From Escherichia coli (lineage in GTDB: Bacteria > Pseudomonadota > Gammaproteobacteria > Enterobacterales > Enterobacteriaceae), in the NCBI RefSeq assembly GCF_041248615.1, contig NZ_CP158426.1: DNA of 64,000 nt. One strand, given 5' to 3'. Of the stretch, positions 59,797 to 64,000 are shown piece after piece. The notes under the pieces were generated by a model that saw only the letters and a list, made by a program, of their open reading frames with translations, searched no databases and was not told the origin of the DNA. Position numbers and translations under genes: made by a program. Position 1 is the first letter of the stretch; the number at the start of each line of letters is the position of its first letter.

Positions 59797-59915
59797 AACG
59801 GTTCGACGCATCCAGGCATGAAACCGCGTCTTTTTTTTCAGATAAAAAGCGCAATCATTCATAAACCCTCTGTTTTATAATCACTTAATCGCGCATAAAA
59901 AACGGCTAAATTCTT

Positions 59916-59931
59916 GTGTAAACGATTCCAC
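59916..59931. promoter_or_regulatory. gal external operator OE (GalR/GalS site)
   Basis: GTGTAAACGATTCCAC upstream of galE. Confidence 0.7.
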
Positions 59932-60009
59932 TAATTTATTCCATGTCACACTTTTCGCATCTTTGTTATGCTATGGTTATTTCATACCATAAGCCTAATG
60001 GAGCGAATT

Positions 60010-61026
60010 ATGAGAGTTCTGGTTACCGGTGGTAGCGGTTACATTGGAAGTCATACCTGTGTGCAATTACTGCAAAACGGTCATGATGTCATCATTCTTG
60101 ATAACCTCTGTAACAGTAAGCGCAGCGTACTGCCCGTTATCGAGCGTTTAGGCGGCAAACATCCAACGTTTGTTGAAGGCGATATTCGTAACGAAGCGTT
60201 GATGACCGAGATCCTGCACGATCACGCTATCGACACCGTGATCCACTTCGCCGGGCTGAAAGCCGTTGGCGAATCGGTACAAAAACCGCTGGAATATTAC
60301 GACAACAATGTCAACGGCACCCTGCGCCTGATTAGCGCCATGCGCGCCGCGAACGTCAAAAACTTTATTTTTAGCTCCTCCGCCACCGTCTATGGCGATC
60401 AGCCCAAAATTCCATACGTTGAAAGCTTCCCGACCGGCACACCGCAAAGCCCTTACGGCAAAAGCAAGCTAATGGTGGAACAGATCCTCACCGATCTGCA
60501 AAAAGCCCAGCCGGACTGGAGCATTGCCCTGCTGCGCTACTTCAACCCGGTTGGCGCGCATCCGTCGGGCGATATGGGCGAAGATCCGCAAGGCATTCCG
60601 AATAATCTGATGCCATACATCGCCCAGGTTGCTGTAGGCCGTCGCGACTCGCTGGCGATTTTTGGTAACGATTATCCGACCGAAGACGGTACTGGCGTGC
60701 GCGATTACATCCACGTAATGGATCTGGCGGACGGTCACGTCGTGGCGATGGAAAAACTGGCGAACAAGCCAGGCGTACACATCTACAACCTCGGCGCTGG
60801 CGTAGGCAGCAGCGTGCTGGACGTGGTTAATGCCTTCAGCAAAGCCTGCGGCAAACCGGTTAACTATCATTTTGCACCGCGTCGCGAGGGCGACCTTCCG
60901 GCCTACTGGGCGGACGCCAGCAAAGCCGACCGTGAACTGAACTGGCGCGTGACGCGCACACTCGATGAAATGGCGCAGGACACCTGGCACTGGCAGTCAC
61001 GCCATCCACAGGGATATCCCGATTAA
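60010..61026 (+). CDS. galE: UDP-glucose 4-epimerase
   Basis: ATG at 60010; MRVLVTGGSGYIGSHT Rossmann motif. Confidence 0.95.
   Translation: MRVLVTGGSGYIGSHTCVQLLQNGHDVIILDNLCNSKRSVLPVIERLGGKHPTFVEGDIRNEALMTEILHDHAIDTVIHFAGLKAVGESVQKPLEYYDNNVNGTLRLISAMRAANVKNFIFSSSATVYGDQPKIPYVESFPTGTPQSPYGKSKLMVEQILTDLQKAQPDWSIALLRYFNPVGAHPSGDMGEDPQGIPNNLMPYIAQVAVGRRDSLAIFGNDYPTEDGTGVRDYIHVMDLADGHVVAMEKLANKPGVHIYNLGAGVGSSVLDVVNAFSKACGKPVNYHFAPRREGDLPAYWADASKADRELNWRVTRTLDEMAQDTWHWQSRHPQGYPD
60029..60044. promoter_or_regulatory. gal internal operator OI
   Basis: GTGGTAGCGGTTACAT within the 5' end of galE. Confidence 0.7.
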
Positions 61027-61035
61027 GGAACGACC

Positions 61036-62082
61036 ATGACGCAATTTAATCCCGTTGATCATCCACATCGCCGCTACAACCCGCTCACCGGGCAATGGAT
61101 TCTGGTTTCACCGCACCGCGCTAAGCGCCCCTGGCAGGGGGCGCAGGAAACGCCAGCCAAACAGGTGTTACCTGCGCACGATCCAGATTGCTTCCTCTGC
61201 GCAGGTAATGTGCGGGTGACAGGCGATAAAAACCCCGATTACACCGGGACTTACGTTTTCACTAATGACTTTGCGGCCTTGATGTCTGACACGCCAGATG
61301 CGCCAGAAAGCAACGATCCGCTGATGCGTTGCCAGAGCGCGCGCGGTACCAGCCGGGTGATCTGCTTTTCACCGGATCACAGTAAAACGTTGCCAGAACT
61401 GAGCGTTGCGGCATTGACGGAAATCGTCAAAACCTGGCAGGAGCAAACCGCAGAACTGGGGAAAACATACCCATGGGTGCAGGTCTTTGAAAACAAAGGT
61501 GCGGCGATGGGCTGCTCTAACCCGCATCCGCACGGACAGATTTGGGCAAATAGCTTCCTGCCTAACGAAGCTGAGCGTGAAGACCGCCTGCAAAAAGAAT
61601 ATTTTGCCGAACAGAAATCACCAATGCTGGTGGATTATGTTCAGCGCGAGCTGGCAGACGGTAGCCGTACCGTTGTCGAAACCGAACACTGGTTAGCCGT
61701 TGTGCCTTACTGGGCTGCCTGGCCGTTCGAAACGCTACTGCTGCCCAAAGCCCACGTTTTGCGGATCACCGATTTGACCGACGCCCAGCGCAGCGATTTG
61801 GCGCTGGCGTTGAAAAAGCTGACCAGTCGTTATGACAACCTCTTCCAGTGCTCCTTCCCCTACTCTATGGGCTGGCACGGCGCGCCATTTAATGGCGAAG
61901 AGAATCAACACTGGCAGCTGCACGCGCACTTTTATCCGCCTCTGTTGCGCTCCGCCACCGTACGTAAATTTATGGTTGGTTATGAAATGCTGGCAGAGAC
62001 CCAGCGAGACCTGACCGCAGAACAGGCAGCAGAGCGTTTGCGCGCAGTCAGCGATATCCATTTTCGCGAATCCGGAGTGTAA
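61036..62082 (+). CDS. galT: galactose-1-phosphate uridylyltransferase
   Basis: 348 aa; HPH active-site motif (NPHPHGQ). Confidence 0.95.
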   Translation: MTQFNPVDHPHRRYNPLTGQWILVSPHRAKRPWQGAQETPAKQVLPAHDPDCFLCAGNVRVTGDKNPDYTGTYVFTNDFAALMSDTPDAPESNDPLMRCQSARGTSRVICFSPDHSKTLPELSVAALTEIVKTWQEQTAELGKTYPWVQVFENKGAAMGCSNPHPHGQIWANSFLPNEAEREDRLQKEYFAEQKSPMLVDYVQRELADGSRTVVETEHWLAVVPYWAAWPFETLLLPKAHVLRITDLTDAQRSDLALALKKLTSRYDNLFQCSFPYSMGWHGAPFNGEENQHWQLHAHFYPPLLRSATVRKFMVGYEMLAETQRDLTAEQAAERLRAVSDIHFRESGV

Positions 62083-62085
62083 GAA

Positions 62086-63234
62086 ATGAGTCTGAAAGAA
62101 AAAACACAATCTCTGTTTGCCAACGCATTTGGCTACCCTGCCACTCACACCATTCAGGCGCCTGGCCGCGTGAATTTGATTGGTGAACACACCGACTACA
62201 ACGACGGTTTCGTTCTGCCCTGCGCGATTGATTATCAAACCGTGATCAGTTGTGCACCACGCGATGACCGTAAAGTTCGCGTGATGGCAGCCGATTATGA
62301 AAATCAGCTCGACGAGTTTTCCCTCGATGCGCCCATTGTCGCGCATGAAAGCTATCAATGGGCTAACTACGTTCGTGGCGTGGTGAAACATCTGCAACTG
62401 CGTAACAACAGCTTCGGCGGCGTGGACATGGTGATCAGCGGCAATGTGCCGCAGGGTGCCGGGTTAAGTTCTTCCGCTTCACTGGAAGTCGCGGTCGGAA
62501 CCGTATTGCAGCAGCTTTATCATTTGCCGCTGGACGGCGCACAAATCGCGCTTAACGGTCAGGAAGCAGAAAACCAGTTTGTTGGCTGTAACTGCGGGAT
62601 CATGGATCAGCTAATTTCCGCACTCGGCAAGAAAGATCATGCCTTGCTGATTGACTGCCGCTCACTGGGGACTAAAGCAGTTTCCATGCCGAAAGGTGTG
62701 GCTGTCGTCATCATTAACAGTAACTTCAAACGTACCCTGGTTGGCAGCGAATACAACACCCGTCGTGAACAGTGCGAAACTGGTGCGCGTTTCTTCCAGC
62801 AGCCAGCGCTGCGCGATGTCACCATTGAAGAGTTCAACGCTGTTGCGCATGAACTGGACCCAATCGTGGCGAAACGCGTGCGTCATATCCTGACTGAAAA
62901 CGCCCGCACCGTTGAAGCTGCCAGCGCGCTGGAGCAAGGCGACCTGAAACGTATGGGCGAGTTGATGGCGGAGTCTCATGCCTCTATGCGCGATGATTTC
63001 GAAATCACCGTGCCGCAAATTGACACTCTGGTAGAAATCGTCAAAGCTGTGATTGGTGACAAAGGTGGCGTACGCATGACCGGCGGCGGATTTGGCGGCT
63101 GTATCGTCGCGCTGATCCCGGAAGAGCTGGTGCCTGCCGTACAGCAAGCTGTCGCTGAACAATATGAAGCAAAAACAGGTATTAAAGAGACTTTTTACGT
63201 TTGTAAACCATCACAAGGAGCAGGACAGTGCTGA
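62086..63234 (+). CDS. galK: galactokinase
   Basis: 382 aa; GHMP kinase motifs (PxGxGLSSSA). Confidence 0.95.
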   Translation: MSLKEKTQSLFANAFGYPATHTIQAPGRVNLIGEHTDYNDGFVLPCAIDYQTVISCAPRDDRKVRVMAADYENQLDEFSLDAPIVAHESYQWANYVRGVVKHLQLRNNSFGGVDMVISGNVPQGAGLSSSASLEVAVGTVLQQLYHLPLDGAQIALNGQEAENQFVGCNCGIMDQLISALGKKDHALLIDCRSLGTKAVSMPKGVAVVIINSNFKRTLVGSEYNTRREQCETGARFFQQPALRDVTIEEFNAVAHELDPIVAKRVRHILTENARTVEAASALEQGDLKRMGELMAESHASMRDDFEITVPQIDTLVEIVKAVIGDKGGVRMTGGGFGGCIVALIPEELVPAVQQAVAEQYEAKTGIKETFYVCKPSQGAGQC

Positions 63235-64000
63235 ACGAAACTCCCGCACTGGCACCCGATGGTCAGCCGTACCGACTGTTAACTTTGCGTAACAACGCAG
63301 GGATGGTAGTCACGCTGATGGACTGGGGTGCGACTTTACTTTCAGCCCGTATTCCGCTTTCCGATGGCAGCGTCCGCGAGGCGCTGCTCGGCTGTGCCAG
63401 CCCGGAATGCTATCAGGATCAGGCCGCGTTTCTGGGGGCCTCTATTGGTCGTTATGCCAACCGTATCGCCAATAGCCGTTATACCTTTGACGGTGAAACC
63501 GTGACGCTTTCGCCAAGTCAGGGCGTTAACCAGCTGCACGGCGGCCCGGAAGGGTTCGACAAACGTCGCTGGCAGATTGTGAACCAGAACGATCGTCAGG
63601 TACTGTTTGCCCTGAGTTCAGATGATGGCGATCAGGGCTTCCCGGGTAATCTCGGTGCGACGGTGCAATATCGTCTGACCGACGATAACCGTATCTCCAT
63701 TACTTATCGCGCCACAGTTGATAAACCTTGCCCGGTGAATATGACTAATCACGTCTATTTCAATCTTGACGGCGAGCAGTCTGACGTGCGCAATCACAAG
63801 TTGCAGATTCTGGCGGACGAATATCTGCCGGTTGATGAAGGCGGCATTCCGCTCGACGGCCTGAAATCTGTCGCCGGAACGTCTTTTGATTTCCGCAGCG
63901 CCAAAATCATCGCCAGTGAGTTTCTTGCCGACGACGATCAGCGCAAAGTGAAAGGTTACGATCACGCATTCTTGTTACAGGCCAAAGGCGATGGCAAGAA
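63228..64000 (+). CDS. galM: aldose 1-epimerase (mutarotase), N-terminal part; continues beyond window end
   Basis: Starts at 63228 overlapping the galK stop; [38 protein letters not shown]... Confidence 0.9.
   Translation, partial: MLNETPALAPDGQPYRLLTLRNNAGMVVTLMDWGATLLSARIPLSDGSVREALLGCASPECYQDQAAFLGASIGRYANRIANSRYTFDGETVTLSPSQGVNQLHGGPEGFDKRRWQIVNQNDRQVLFALSSDDGDQGFPGNLGATVQYRLTDDNRISITYRATVDKPCPVNMTNHVYFNLDGEQSDVRNHKLQILADEYLPVDEGGIPLDGLKSVAGTSFDFRSAKIIASEFLADDDQRKVKGYDHAFLLQAKGDGK

Overview
This window is an Escherichia coli chromosomal segment covering bioB (partial), bioA, ybhB, then a complete ~42.4 kb lambdoid prophage inserted at the phage lambda attachment site (attR core 2536..2550, attL core 44885..44899), followed by ybhC, ybhJ, ybhI, ybhH, ybhD, pgl, ybhA, modCBA, acrZ, modEF and galETK plus the start of galM. 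The host flanks look ordinary. The prophage is a mosaic: lambda-type int/xis/attP arms, O/P replication genes with ori iterons, ren and a rearranged nin region; an immunity and antitermination region (cI with S24 peptidase domain, cro, cII, N, nut sites) and a lysis cassette that resemble phage 21 (pinholin S, SAR endolysin R, nested Rz/Rz1); a Sak4-like ATPase recombination module in place of Red; two tRNA-like genes after a tR'-like terminator; and a contractile-tail (Mu/SfV-like) morphogenesis module rather than lambda head and tail genes. The most interesting candidates for undescribed biology are the accessory insertions: (i) an AT-rich island beside attR with two family-3 acyltransferases flanking a reverse-strand beta-helix-like gene that has no ATG start and sits behind an A7 tract; (ii) an AT-rich lipoprotein gene with its own terminator inside the baseplate cluster; (iii) a 207-aa protein of unknown function immediately after N, followed by a terminator; (iv) an unknown gene with its own terminator between Rz and the terminase genes. 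Also notable are apparent lesions in ninI and ninF, a canonical -1 frameshift site in the tail assembly chaperone, and a 26-bp perfect palindrome at the island boundary. All calls rest on reading the sequence and the ORF track plus remembered protein families; no database search was run. The ORF track often uses non-ATG first codons, so several starts are re-assigned to internal ATG/GTG and are approximate.
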